Shown here: positions 38,201 through 50,190 of the stretch, piece by piece
How positions within the stretch are numbered: position 1 is the stretch's first letter
How the letters are laid out: each line of letters begins with the position of its first letter
Source of the DNA: Paragordius varius
Taxonomy: Eukaryota; Animalia; Nematomorpha
Assembly (NCBI GenBank): GCA_964247055.1
Contig: OZ176051.1
Coordinates: forward strand, 4,464,001-4,528,000
Length of the DNA stretch: 64,000 nt
Reading direction: 5' to 3'
Position numbers and translations under genes: made by a program
The notes under the pieces: generated by a model
The model's input: the letters and a program-made list of their open reading frames with translations, nothing else
The model's database searches: none
What the model was told of the DNA's origin: nothing

Positions 38201-40448
38201 ATATATAATTGAGTGTGTGTTTGTCCATAATTATAGAAACAAATTTATTATTAGAGGAAAAAAATGTTAAATTCAACCGGTTGTAGTTTTTTACACATAC
38301 TCTACTACATGCCAATTAGCTAAAAATAATGTGAATTGGCCAACAATAAGTAGATACAGTTATTTCTTTTTGCAAGGCCTAACGTTGAATTTTTTTTAAA
38401 GAAAATTATTAAACAAGATTTTAAAAGTATGGTTGTCTTTGTGCAGTAAAAAATATTTGTCTTTATAATTTTAACTTTTTATATAGGTTCTGCCATCCTG
38501 GGAACCATGGCTCAATTCTTTTTGTTTATGGCACTTAGGGTTGAGAATGCCGGTGTAATTGCTGCAGTCAATAGTTTAACTATAGTCTTTACTATTGTAC
38601 TGCAAATTATGGTACAACGTAAAATACCGCCTTGGACTAGTTTTATTGGCTCATTGATTATCATAATAGCTATATGCCTTTTTGGTTACCGTAAATGGTT
38701 ACGGGAAAAGGAGAGACTTCGCGAAAAGTAGGAAATATGATAGTTTCATATTTGGTTTAATATCCATTTGCTGAAATATTCAGTTTTTACAAGAGTATTT
38801 TATGTGGGTAGCGATTTGGCTGATAATTACACTTTTTACACTTGTAAAATTTGTTATATATTAAATACAACTTTACTTAATAATATTTATAATTGCTTAG
38901 ACTTATGATTTGATATGGAAATAGAATTAATTTATGAATTTTTTATTACATCACAAAAAATAACGCATTTTCTTATTATTTTGGTAGTTTTTTGATAAAT
39001 ATATATCATACCCTTGTAGATTAATCCACAAATTATCAATCGGACAACGTTCAATAGTTGTTCCTGGGAGTCAAGCACATTTAGAATTATTGACTACCAA
39101 TCAACTACGGATAGAGAATAGGCGTAGACGAAATTTTTTGAAGAAAAGTCTTTCCATCGATAATACTAATGTAGCGAATGCATATCGAAACGCCATGTAC
39201 CCAACTGAATCTTTGGAAAATGTTCCAGTAAGGCAACCCTCATATCAAACGGTTCATAAACACGCTCCTAACTTCAATAACACGAGACAATCATTACCAG
39301 CGCGGAGAAAACGGTATATAGATGCGGTTAGGGCAGGGCGTTGGCCTGTCTTATCTTCGTCCTCGATGATATCTAAAACAAATTCCCTGTGCGATTTTGA
39401 TGAACATCACAAACGCAATGATAGCCAAAGTCCCCTCCCCGATAAGAAAAATCATCATGAAAATGGGGAAGGTAGCAAATCCAGTAATGTTTCCCGCGCT
39501 GCAACACCCCAAAATATGATACCTTTGACTTGTGTCACACAAATACCTCCTCCTTCTACCGCCACCCTAAGTGGATTGAATGTGTATAGCTCACTAAGGA
39601 GTATCCCGCCCTGTCTTGATACCATAGAGGAACAACGCAAAAGACCGCTAAAATGGATCAAAGGCAATAGCCTTGAAGAAGAAACAGGAGACGTATTTGA
39701 CGAGGAAGAAGACGATGATCTAAACTATGATATAGAAAATGCCCAGTTAAATACGCCAACTTTACAAGGAGGCGAAAATAATGAAAGACTGGCGGACCTT
39801 GAGAGGAGGTTAACACCCTTACCGGAACACGAAACTCTTGATTTATCGGCTTTGAATAGCGCAAAAACTGGCGCGAACGAAAAAATCACAAGCAAAAATA
39901 ATACAGGCACACAAATGAATGAAGAAAAAACAGCGATTACAACGTTTGATACATCGACAACCACCGCTAAACGCAAACGAAGGGAAAGTCTAATCTCCAA
40001 CATTTTGTCATCTATCCAAAATATTTTCGCTTCAACTAGCGGCGTTGCATCTAACCAGCCTTCACCATTGCCTTTAACACTTAAATCTAATACGGCTACT
40101 ACTATGTCCGAACATCCCACAAAACGAGCGAAACACAAGTTTAGATCAAATCAAGGAGCAAACGCTGATTTACTTCAACGTTCAAATACTTTAACGAATG
40201 CCGCTTTGGGCCATGCGCCTTTCCACATATATCACGATACTTTACCTGCTAAGTTTAGAAAATTTTCAGTTAATGATGCCAATATGTTGGATGCATTGGA
40301 TTTGGAAACTGATTATTTGGAACAACTCATGAAAAATGGCGAGTTTGAAGGCGACGATCATAACCTAGATGATTTAAGTGATAGTAATGAAGATTTGTGG
40401 AATGAAAATCAATTGACAGTTAATACTGTTATTGTTCCACAACTGTAG
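35287..40448 (+). CDS. SLC35G-like (EamA/DMT superfamily) transporter with large loop insertions and a probable long C-terminal tail (563 aa short form, 1038 aa long form)
   Basis: Exons 35287-35357, 35380-35486, 35509-36082, 37327-38021 and 38487-38731 (TAG). Alternatively 38487-38727 splices (AA|gtagga...tgtag|A, phase 2) to 39020-40448. Family motifs: PFLGIFLG, RCISGTIG, PIGDSSAISYTSPVYVAILARIFLKEK, GVLFVTRPPFIF, AQFFLFMALRVENAG, PPWTSFIGSLII. The first two introns are 22 nt each. Confidence 0.8.
36180..36940 (-). mobile_element. Internally deleted, decayed RTE-like LINE fragment in an SLC35G intron
   Basis: Minus-strand remnants IPIYIVNARVP (endonuclease-like) and YACETWQI (post-RT region typical of RTE-clade ORFs), with many stops. 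Confidence 0.55.
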
Positions 40449-42984
40449 TCGAAATAGATTTAGTATCAGTAATTATATCCATTTTTAAAATGAAAGTTTT
40501 TGCATTTCATTTCCAAAAAATATTCATTGTTATATTTTTTATCAATCAATTATAAGCACGGGTTTCATTCACCCTTTATAAATTAATATTTAATACTCAA
40601 AGTTAACCAAATTATTTATATATATATTTTTGTTCATTACTACACCTACTACAAATCAGTATTAACAGTATTTACCATCTTATTTATTTTTTAACATATG
40701 TAACAAATAAATGTCATATACCCCTAAGACTGCATTTTGTTGCCAATATATATATTTTCTGGGAAAAAATATATAAATGCGACTTTTTTGGGGGACCCAT
40801 TAGTAATAATTCCATATCAACCTTTGGCTTAAAATCGAAAATTCGCAATTTCAGCGGATATTATGCTAAGTAATGTTTTTGTTGGAGGCTAAATGCTTAA
40901 TCTATAAATATGTTTAAAATTATATTTTAGATGATTAATGTTTGTATCTTATTTTTTTAACTTCCAACGTTTCTTTTTTTAGGATTGAGATCTATAATAG
41001 GCACAGGAGCCATAAAAATTTTCAATATAGGATAGTAGATTATCACATTCAAATTTTTTTTTGAAAATGGCATAATTGTTAAAGCGCATTTCAATGTAAT
41101 TTATAGCCATGCTTATAGAAAGATAAAAAAAATTAGAGATATTTCCCTGCCTAATTCGATGTCGCTATTCTATCATTACAAAATTTGAGTTTAGAGTTTG
41201 TTCGCTATTAACTTTATTTTCTTTTAAGAATAAGTATATCTGGTATAGAGTTCACTTTGGAACATGAGTTTAAAAATTGATATAAAGGGAGATATTTGAT
41301 GGCTTAAATTTATGTAGAAGTGTTAATTTCTATATAATATGGATCAATTATTGGGCAATATATAAAGATGATGCAAAATGCAACAATTTAACTCAATAGG
41401 TCTTTGATAAACCTTGATTAGTGTGTAAAAATTTTATTCCTGTTTTTGTTTAAGGCCTTTAACACCATATTTTTTAAAAAACTTTCCATGCTTTTTACTA
41501 ACATAAACCTTTAATATTTTTAGAAAATATATAAGCGATCTATATATACTCCGTTTAATTCTAAAAAAATTCATATAACAGTAAAAATAAAAATTATACA
41601 GCCACACGTAAAAACATACAGACAAATATTTTTTTTCAAATTACAAACATACTTTTAAACACTTAATTTTTCATATAAACGTATAATTGTAAAATATGTA
41701 GTTGAATATATATTAATATAACAACATTTTTAAGATATAACACTTGACCCTTGGGGGTAATTTTAAGGGTAAATTAAAAATAAAATATCTTAAAAAATAT
41801 AAACATTGGGAAATTTTATAATATGCATTCTTTAGCCTTTAAAGCGCTTGATACAATTTTTTTAAAAAAATTTAATATTATAAAAAAATCCCAAACTTTT
41901 TTGCCGCATTTTTTTTAAATTTTTATTGAATCGTGAATGCAACAGGCAAATAAATTTACATTATGGTTAAAAAATATAAAATTTAATAATTTTACTTTTG
42001 TCATCTTTTATCAGCTGTTTGTTTAAATCAGCTTTTGGAGCTCAATGAATTGGGGACTCTATGAGTTCAAAAACTAAAATTAAATTTCCTTTAAATACAG
42101 AAGAAGAGGGGGTTTAAGGATTAAATTTTAACCATAACAGCTTTAAAACAGAGTAGATTGCTTACTACTTTAAGCTTTGGCTTGGAAAAATATCCTGAAA
42201 TGTCATCGCACGTACAATAAATTGCAAATGTAAGGAAGTGTTAAAATTATGGAAAAAAATATTTTTCTGTGTTTTTACATTTTGTCTGTTTAATTATATA
42301 TTTTACTCTACTTTATGACCATAAAACACATTTACAAATGAAATGAAATAAAAATTGTAAAAATTTAATTAATATGACTGTGAAAATAAGGTTTATCTGG
42401 AAATTATATAATAATATAAAAATAGCACATTCGTCAAAAACTCAAATATTGCTATTTAAAAATTTTGTCCATGAAACGCTGTTTCCATATTTTTGGCAAA
42501 CAAAATTCGCTAACAATTTTGCAAAGATCACTCACCCAAAGATATAAGGCTTGAAGCAATCATTATATTCTCGTTGAACATTGGCTTTATACACCCGTTT
42601 TAAAAACCAAAACAATGTTAAAAAACAGTCAAACCGCGGTTTCAAATGGTGCCAAAAATATGTTTTTTTAATTTTCACAGTAATATTTTATTTTTTGTTA
42701 TCTATTGAATTTAATATATATTTTTATAGATTTTTCAGAAAAGGTAGCATACTAAAGATCTATATGGTAATAATCATTGGTCAGTTCACATTAGTGTTTT
42801 ATCATAATTAAGCATCTGTAAAAATCTAAAAAGACCGAAATCGGAACATTTATGTAAAATACCATGGGACAAGAATCAGAATATGTTTATCAAAATAATT
42901 GGAGCCGGAATTAATTTGCAAAAAAACAATTCATCCGGAAGTGATTAAAAATAATTTAGTAAATGTGATTCCGTTGCCAATCAC

Positions 42985-44020
42985 TCACCTGTATTCATAA
43001 GTTATTACCGGTTTGACTAAGTGAAGACGTCAGGGAAAAGTACGATGATGATTAATTCAATACAGACCCTGTTTAGTTCATCTAACATTAATTTAAGGAT
43101 TCACAATTTAAACCAAAAAACTGATGTTTAACATTTCTGTACATGTCAAAGTTTGTGTCTAAGAAAAACATTTGTAGCACGCATAGCCATCAAAAAGGGT
43201 GTTGAAAGTTGTCGGTTTTTGATTAACTGATTAACACAGACATGGTTTTGATTATAAAAAGTTTAATTTAGAGTGTGAGCGCTGGAAAGAGATCAGTGCA
43301 AGAGTTATTGGATGATGATTCACCTAAAACTCGAAGGCGATTGGCACAAGCATTACATGCATTACAAAAAACAATGAAAGATGTCTGCTAGCAATAACAG
43401 AGACAAATAATTTCGATAAAAGGGTTTCATACAATTTAATTGAGGGTCGAATCGAAAATCGCAAAGTCCCTAGAGCCTGCTTCAACGACACAATAAAATC
43501 ATTTTTACATGAAAAACGAGTGATGAGAAATAACTTTGTTTTGTTAATCGGAAGGGGAAAAATCGTGACTCTCACTTTGCCAAGCCGCTCCATCCACAAT
43601 AAGCCAATTCGCTCCGGCAAGAAAACCATACGCTGTGTTTGGTTGGACCAAATCGGTATAAAATTCCGTGAAATTGTTAATTCACAAGACCATCGCTAAC
43701 ATTTATTCTATCATACATTAATCGAAAAACCGGAATGAGCAAAACATGGCTAAGTGATTTTGTTACATCAAAAAGCTTCCTCTTCAGCAAAACTCTGAAA
43801 AACACCTAAAATAGCCTTAGATAATTTTTCTGCATCCGCTGAGATTTCCTGACTGTCGCCATCTGACTAATAGCACATTGGAACACACCCTCCAGAACAG
43901 CATTTTAAAAATGTTAAAAACGTTGAAAAATGGCTTGACAAACGGTTTTTAACACAATTGCTGTTTTCCTCATATTCAGGATATTCTTTATGATGGAAAT
44001 AATTATTATCATACATATGA
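42985..44020 (+). mobile_element. Decayed mariner transposon, copy 2
   Basis: Left TIR variant TCACCTGTATTCATAAGTTATTACCGGTTTG. Transposase remnants KPIRSGKKTIRCVWLDQIG (~43600-43660) and QHFKNVKNVEKWLDKRF (~43895-43950). Right boundary approximate. Confidence 0.8.
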
Positions 44021-44333
44021 TAAATATATAACGCTGTTTCATTTCTATCAGCTCCATTATACACGGTGCCACATTCATTTCAAGAAATATAGGAATTGTC
44101 TTAAAATATTGATTTTATCTCTATTTAAAAAACTATATAATAAGCTAATTAGTTAAATAATTTCAACCTATTATTATTTTTTATTTTGTCACCCCTAATT
44201 TGGCCAGTAATGAAAAAACTTTTAAATATTTCAATTATAAATACAAAAAGAATTTATGATTAATAAAAACATCAATCTATAAAGCATCAAATGGATCCAT
44301 TTGATTTTCATACTATCCGCTTCTCAAAATAAG

Positions 44334-44882
44334 TTAAATACACCAACAAAACAGTGATTTGCAACAACAACAAAGACATACGCAGAGGAATATTAATAGG
44401 ACGATAACTAAACCTGGCAGTGCGAGGTAAAGTAAATACTTTTGAGATATAATACATGTTGGGTAATACGTATCAGCTAAAGTACATTGATTGGCCCAGG
44501 TAGGGAGTAGTTTTCCGATAGGATATATGTGACAACTTTTATCAGTTGAACAAAAGAAGCACGAAACATTGAAATTGGGCTTCGTTACATTTTTCATGCC
44601 GCTAGGAATGTTGTTGGTTATATTTCTCAATGGTCTGTAAGCTAAACATTGTTTACAACTTGTGTTGGAATACAGCAGACATGGGTCCATATTTTTTCCA
44701 TGTGGATCTAGAATGTTCATAAATTGGGAAATTTGGGGCAAATCCCTTTTCGATACTCGTGTTTCATAGGCATCAAAAAAATTTATATAAGAGATTGTGA
44801 AATAATAGCAAATAAAAAGAATGTTCCAACATTTTGAAAAGTCACATTGAAAACTAAATTTATTTTTAAAGGTTGAAAGCAT
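44334..44882 (-). CDS. PTTG1IP (PBF)-like type I membrane protein
   Basis: Single 182-aa ORF: hydrophobic N-terminus, PSI-like Cys pattern (PCLLYSNTSCKQCL...SCFFCSTDKSCHIYPIGKLLP...CTLADTYYPTCII), a TM segment and a CLCCCCK cluster. Exact start and C-terminus uncertain. Confidence 0.75.
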   Translation of the reverse strand: MLSTFKNKFSFQCDFSKCWNILFICYYFTISYINFFDAYETRVSKRDLPQISQFMNILDPHGKNMDPCLLYSNTSCKQCLAYRPLRNITNNIPSGMKNVTKPNFNVSCFFCSTDKSCHIYPIGKLLPTWANQCTLADTYYPTCIISQKYLLYLALPGLVIVLLIFLCVCLCCCCKSLFCWCI

Positions 44883-45324
44883 TATATGTGGTTAACATTA
44901 TCAAAACTAAACAATATAAATTTTGTTGTTTATTAACAAGTGTGAAACTTAATATATATGTGTTATACATAAGCGTTACGTAACTCGACATACGTTGCCA
45001 ATCGACTTATCAATGACAGTTTATAACAACATCAACTATATATGGCTTAAGGATTACAATCTCAAGTATTTAATTGATATTTACAACCTTAATTAAGTTT
45101 TAATTTGTTGTTAGACTTATTTATAAATGTAGAAGAGTTAACTTAATTTGTGTCATTTTACCTAAAATTTAAACTCCTAAAAAAGCTTTGAAACAGAATC
45201 TTAGATTAAGAGGTTAGTTTATAATAGTCACATAAGTTGAAGCGTTGTAGACCCCAGTCATAAAAGATGGTCTTTCTGCTGTTCGTCCAAATCTCAAAAT
45301 GCCTGTTTAGTTTGCTTGAATATA

Positions 45325-46418
45325 CCACGTATAGTCATAAGTCATTACCAGTTTGAGTAAGAAAAGCCGTCAGCATAAAATACGGCCGATTAATTATAAA
45401 TAGGCGCCATTTTGTTCATTTGACATTGTAAATACGCAAAGTTGAGTCTGTCAAAAACTAGTCTTATTTTATGATTCAATATGACAAATTTTGCATTTGC
45501 GGGTCGCGTTGCTTTTCTTATTCCATCAGAATAAAAGGCTCTTAAAATAGTAAAACCATATGGTGTACATGCTCCTTCGATCAATTATACAAAACATAGT
45601 TTCGAAAATTTAATATTTGGGATTATGTGAAAAAAAGTGGGACTTTAGTACAAGACACAAATTGGATGACGATATAACTTAAACTCTAATAAATATTTCC
45701 ATACACATCACAAAAAATCAGTTTGAGTCAACGATCAAAAGGAAAAACTTATAAACTAGGTGATCCCACACAATTTGAATAAAGTTTAAATCGAATATCG
45801 CAAAATAACTTGTCCTGCTTCAATGACACGAAAGATAATCGTTTTATCGAATTACGAGTAATGAAAAGTGGCTTTATTTTGACTAAGCTGAAAAAATCGT
45901 CGCTTTCACCTTCCGGTTTATAAACATTAAGGCCAAATCGTTTTAGCAAGAAGACTATATTCTGTGTGTGGTAGCAGAAGGACATTGGTTTCATAAACTT
46001 TTAAAACCCGGTGAAAGTGTTAATGCACAACTCCTCAACAAATGATGAATTTTCACCATACATAGAAAATGTTTTTGTTAATTGACAATGCTCCGTTCGA
46101 TAAAGGAAAACCAGTGAAGGACAGCTAAAAATCCCTTTGATATCAAATTCTTGATTTGCTGTACTCTCCTGACCTGGTGCCATTTAATTATTATGTCAAT
46201 GGGGGGACACTCGCAGCGCAGCATTTTAATAATTTTGAGACGTTGTAAAATTACTTGAATGGTTTTCCGCAAAAGACAAACAGTTATTCTGGTATGGCAT
46301 TCATATATCAAATGAGAGATGGCCGAAATTTGTAGAAACCAATAAAATCAAAATAAATGGATTTTTTTCAAAATTACGTGCTTTTTAGCAAAAACGGTAG
46401 AGACTTAAATACACCTGC
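45325..46418 (+). mobile_element. Decayed mariner transposon, copy 3, with both TIRs
   Basis: TA|CCACGTATAGTCATAAGTCATTACCAGTTTG on the left and AAAACGGTAGAGACTTAAATACACCTG on the right. Remnants RPNRFSKKTIFCVW and YSPDLVPF. Confidence 0.85.
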
Positions 46419-47039
46419 TCGTTTATTATATCAATTTTGATGTGTTGTAAATACGGGTGCCACATTAAGGGTCATGTTCTAAAAATATTTTTGGAGTTTT
46501 TATGATCCTTAAAAAAACGGTTTGAAAAATGTATTTGCTTTTTCTTCAAGATGACTAAAAAGAGAAATCTAAAGTTTTGAAAAATATATTATAAATTTTA
46601 ATTAATTAATTAAGATATATTTTATCTGAAAAATAATTTGAAAGAAATTTATTCGTTATAATCAATTATTTTGCGGAAATTTACAATTTTTCCTATTTTG
46701 CGTTACCATATATTTGCAATATCTTGGTATTTGCAACCTTAAATTTTGTTGAAATTATATCTTAGGCCTGGGGATAACTGATCTTGAATATTTACTGTTT
46801 TCTAAAATACTAATATATCATAAATGATGAATGATAAAACGAAAACTTTTTTAATAAAATAAAGCTGTTCATCACATTTGTATTAATGTTAAAAGCCATA
46901 GATTTTTTAGGTGATATGCATTAATATTTTAGAATATATTTTGAGTTATTTAATGCTAAGTTTTATATAATATACATTATATATACATGGCACAAATTTG
47001 GGTGGCATCATACAAAAATATCCTGCTGAAATCAATATA

Positions 47040-47760
47040 TACTGATAAATAAATGCATCGGATTTTCTACTTTTGATTTTGGGCTTTACGAGTAATTTAA
47101 GAAAGTGATTTTTACTTTTGTTATAATTTCTATTATCGTTTCTCATAATTATTGCGCGCGAAATAATTTTTTTATAAAAGTTAAATGTTTCATTTGATAA
47201 AACATCAATATAATAAATTTACAAATTCAGTATTAGTCTCCCTCTAAAATGGTTTAGACGCAAAAATGGCCAGATTGCGATATAAGTACTTTTTATATGC
47301 TAGATTATGGAAGCAAATAAATTATATTTTACAATGCACACAAATAGAAGATCCTAATGAAAAATATATACACTGATAAATAAATGTATAAGGATTTTAA
47401 TAGTGTTTTTGGTTTTGGTTCTTACGAGTGATATACGACAATTATTATCACTTTTGTGGCAACTGCACCATATCAGAATAATGAAAAAATTCGCGCATAT
47501 TTTGCTAAATAAAATATACTTGAAGAACGCTAAATGTTGGCTTCAAATAATATCACTTAAATATATTATAATCTAAATATAGCAAAATTTTACAAAATTT
47601 TAAAATTTAGATGTGGGTATCTGTCTAAAATGGGCAAGTTTTCTTAACCTTATATCAAAAATGCCAATATTTAGCAAAAAAATTGAATATGTGCCAATTT
47701 TTGACATTAAAAAAATATATTTATTAAATAAATGGATATTTTGCTTAAAACTTAATTTAT
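47040..47760 (+). repeat. Two truncated left-end fragments of the 23.2/52.1-kb Tc1-like family
   Basis: ACTGATAAATAAATG starts at ~47041 and TA|CACTGATAAATAAATG at ~47369, followed by sequence similar to the left arm at 52130. Confidence 0.55.
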
Positions 47761-49530
47761 AGAAAAGTTTTGGCGAAGTGAGTTTCATGGCATTTCGAAG
47801 CATGGTGGAACTGTATTACATTACATTTTTTATAATAATAAAATTCTATCATTCTGAACATTTCTATTTGTGAGAGTAGATGTTAATCATCATTGTATTA
47901 TAAAGAACTGCGGTGGATTTATATGAATAAATTGTATTGTTAAATTATAAGGGTGCACCTTTAGGAGTAAATTGCTATAACAATCAAGATTTTTGCAACA
48001 TGGACGGGCTGATAGGGGCTCAATTAAAAAAGCGTTAGATACTGCCTGTCCCATACCGAAATCGTGTTTCATAGCCAACAAATGTTCAAAAAATATTTTC
48101 ATACATGAATGGGGCGGAATTAAGGGGTTGAAAAAATGGCTTACTCTCCCTCCTCGCATTTATAAATAACAAAAAAACTTTATTTGCATGGGCTTAGACG
48201 GTTCCCAAAAAATTGCTTCAATGTCAATATTATTATAAAGCCCCTATTTCCACACTAAAAAGTTATCTTTAACCGCATGCTACAAAATACTATAAAATAC
48301 CCTTAAAATTTGTCACATTTTAATATTTTTAATTTGCTTTTATCCAATAATGTCTCTCATAATTTGGGATATCTTTGCATTAGAAATTATACAGCTCCAG
48401 GATTTGACAGGCATGCTCCCTGCGGCATATTTACACAGAATGATCCTTACCGCCTTCCTACGCTTTTAAATGCACAGGCAGGGCATTTAGCGAAGTGTAT
48501 GAATGTTAGTTTTCTGGAGCTACCTATAAACTTTTAGTATATTATTTTTTAACACTTTGATTCAAATTGGGGTCTCTAAATACGCCAGACTAAACTTGAA
48601 TTAGAATTTTTATAAAACTACTGAAGGAAACGGTCCCAATTTAAATTTAGGCTTCTATCCTAATAAAAATTATATAAATATGCCAAAATATCTAAATAAA
48701 ATTTTGTGTTCCATGTCAAACTACTTCGACGCCATTTTTATTTTACTAAATTTTTGCAAAATATCGTCCTCATTTAATTTTAAGGGTAAAATTAAAGCTA
48801 ATTTTTTATTTAAACTAACATTGATAGAAATAGAAAAAGCGGTTTGTTTTGTATTATTTTTTAATTTTAACATTGCACACATGTCAGGTTGACTAAATTT
48901 TTGCCTTTCGGTTTTAGCTTAAAATAATAATATCAATTATTTTCGAATGAAGTTTTTTATATATTTCGGTTTATTAATGTCATATAAGTGCAAAATTTTG
49001 CCATGGTTGCGATTCCTTTCATATTTTTTAAAGAATTTAATTGTCAGTCTACCTTAATTTGATCGAAGAACTAAAATGAATGTGTTGTATTCAAGTATAA
49101 ATATTATTTAAAAAGCACCTAAATTCGACAAAAGATATTCCCGTAATTTTTTGATATCTAACATATTTTCAAAAGTATAAAATTCACAATGTCCATCTTT
49201 TAAGGTACCACAAGAATACTGATATATTTTAATATATTGAGATATTTTAGCACAAAATTACTTATGTTCGTTGGTATAAATTAATTTTGTAAAAAATATT
49301 TAAAAAAGTGATAATTATATATAAAATTTTATATAAAATTTTCTGAAACTAATTTTCGTGAGTTTTTCAAATATTAAAACCTTTTCTAACTGTAAAAATT
49401 AAAATAAATATAGTAAATATTTTTCTTAAAAAGTTTATTAGGTAAATATATTTTATGGCCTATTCCGACCGTAAAGTGTTTATTACATATGATTTTCATT
49501 GCTATTTCCTCCAAACTGTAGCGTGTTGGG

Positions 49531-50190
49531 ATGGTTTAATATTTTATAAAATTTTAGTTGTATTCGACGCAAGCAAAAATTGTTAAACCAAATGGCGAAG
49601 AACCAGATAAATTTGAACAATCAATGTCCCAAGCATTGCTAGAATTAGAGATGAATTCGGATTTAAAGCCACAATTAAAAGATTTGTACATATGTGGAGC
49701 TAAGGTAAATTATTGTATATATTTTTAGCGATTTGAAATTGACGGAAAAAAGGTGATTGTGCTCTACATACCCGTTCCTCAACTCAAAAATTTTCAAAGA
49801 ATTCAAACCCGTTTAGTAAGAGAGTTGGAAAAAAAGTTTAGTGGAGAACCAGTGTGTTTTATTGCAAATCGAAAAATTTTACCCAAACCATCAAGAAAAT
49901 TAAGGCTCAAAGAGTTAAAACAGAAAAGGCCTAGGAACAGAACTCTTACTTCCGTCCATGATGCTTATTTAGATGATTTAGTATTTCCGGCTGAGATTGT
50001 TGGAAAACGAATACGATATAAATTAGATGGGTCAAGGCTAATTAAAGTACATTTGGACAAAAATCAAAAACCGAATCTTGAGCACAAGGTTAATTTATTA
50101 CATAATTTTTAGGTCGATGTCTTTTCAAAAGTATACAAAAGGTTAACTGGCAAGGATGTCGTCTTTGAGTTTGTGGTTCCGTTTTTTTAA
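49531..50190 (+). CDS. RPS7: 40S ribosomal protein S7 (eS7), 195 aa, 4 exons separated by three 24-nt introns
   Basis: Exons 49531-49533 (ATG), 49558-49704, 49729-50088 and 50113-50190. Translation: [38 protein letters not shown]...[25 protein letters not shown]...[30 protein letters not shown]...[29 protein letters not shown] follows the stop. Confidence 0.97.

Noticed and set aside
39351-40138. Several minus-strand ORFs opposite the 39-40 kb exon
   Set aside because: Shadow ORFs of the plus-strand coding exon.
43324-46311. Minus-strand ORFs 43324-43629, 43867-44064, 45390-45584, 45749-45994, 46001-46183 and 46078-46311
   Set aside because: They are antisense to decayed mariner transposase sequence.
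47890-48540. GC-richer patch with short ORFs on both strands
   Set aside because: No consistent frame, splice chain or recognisable motif. Probably a decayed transposon fragment.
49534-50112. Alternative genetic code (TAA/TAG read as Gln) to explain in-frame stops in RPS7
   Set aside because: The stops lie only in GT...AG segments whose removal restores a normal-length RPS7. The 22-nt cases shift frame, and real CDSs here end in TAA or TAG.
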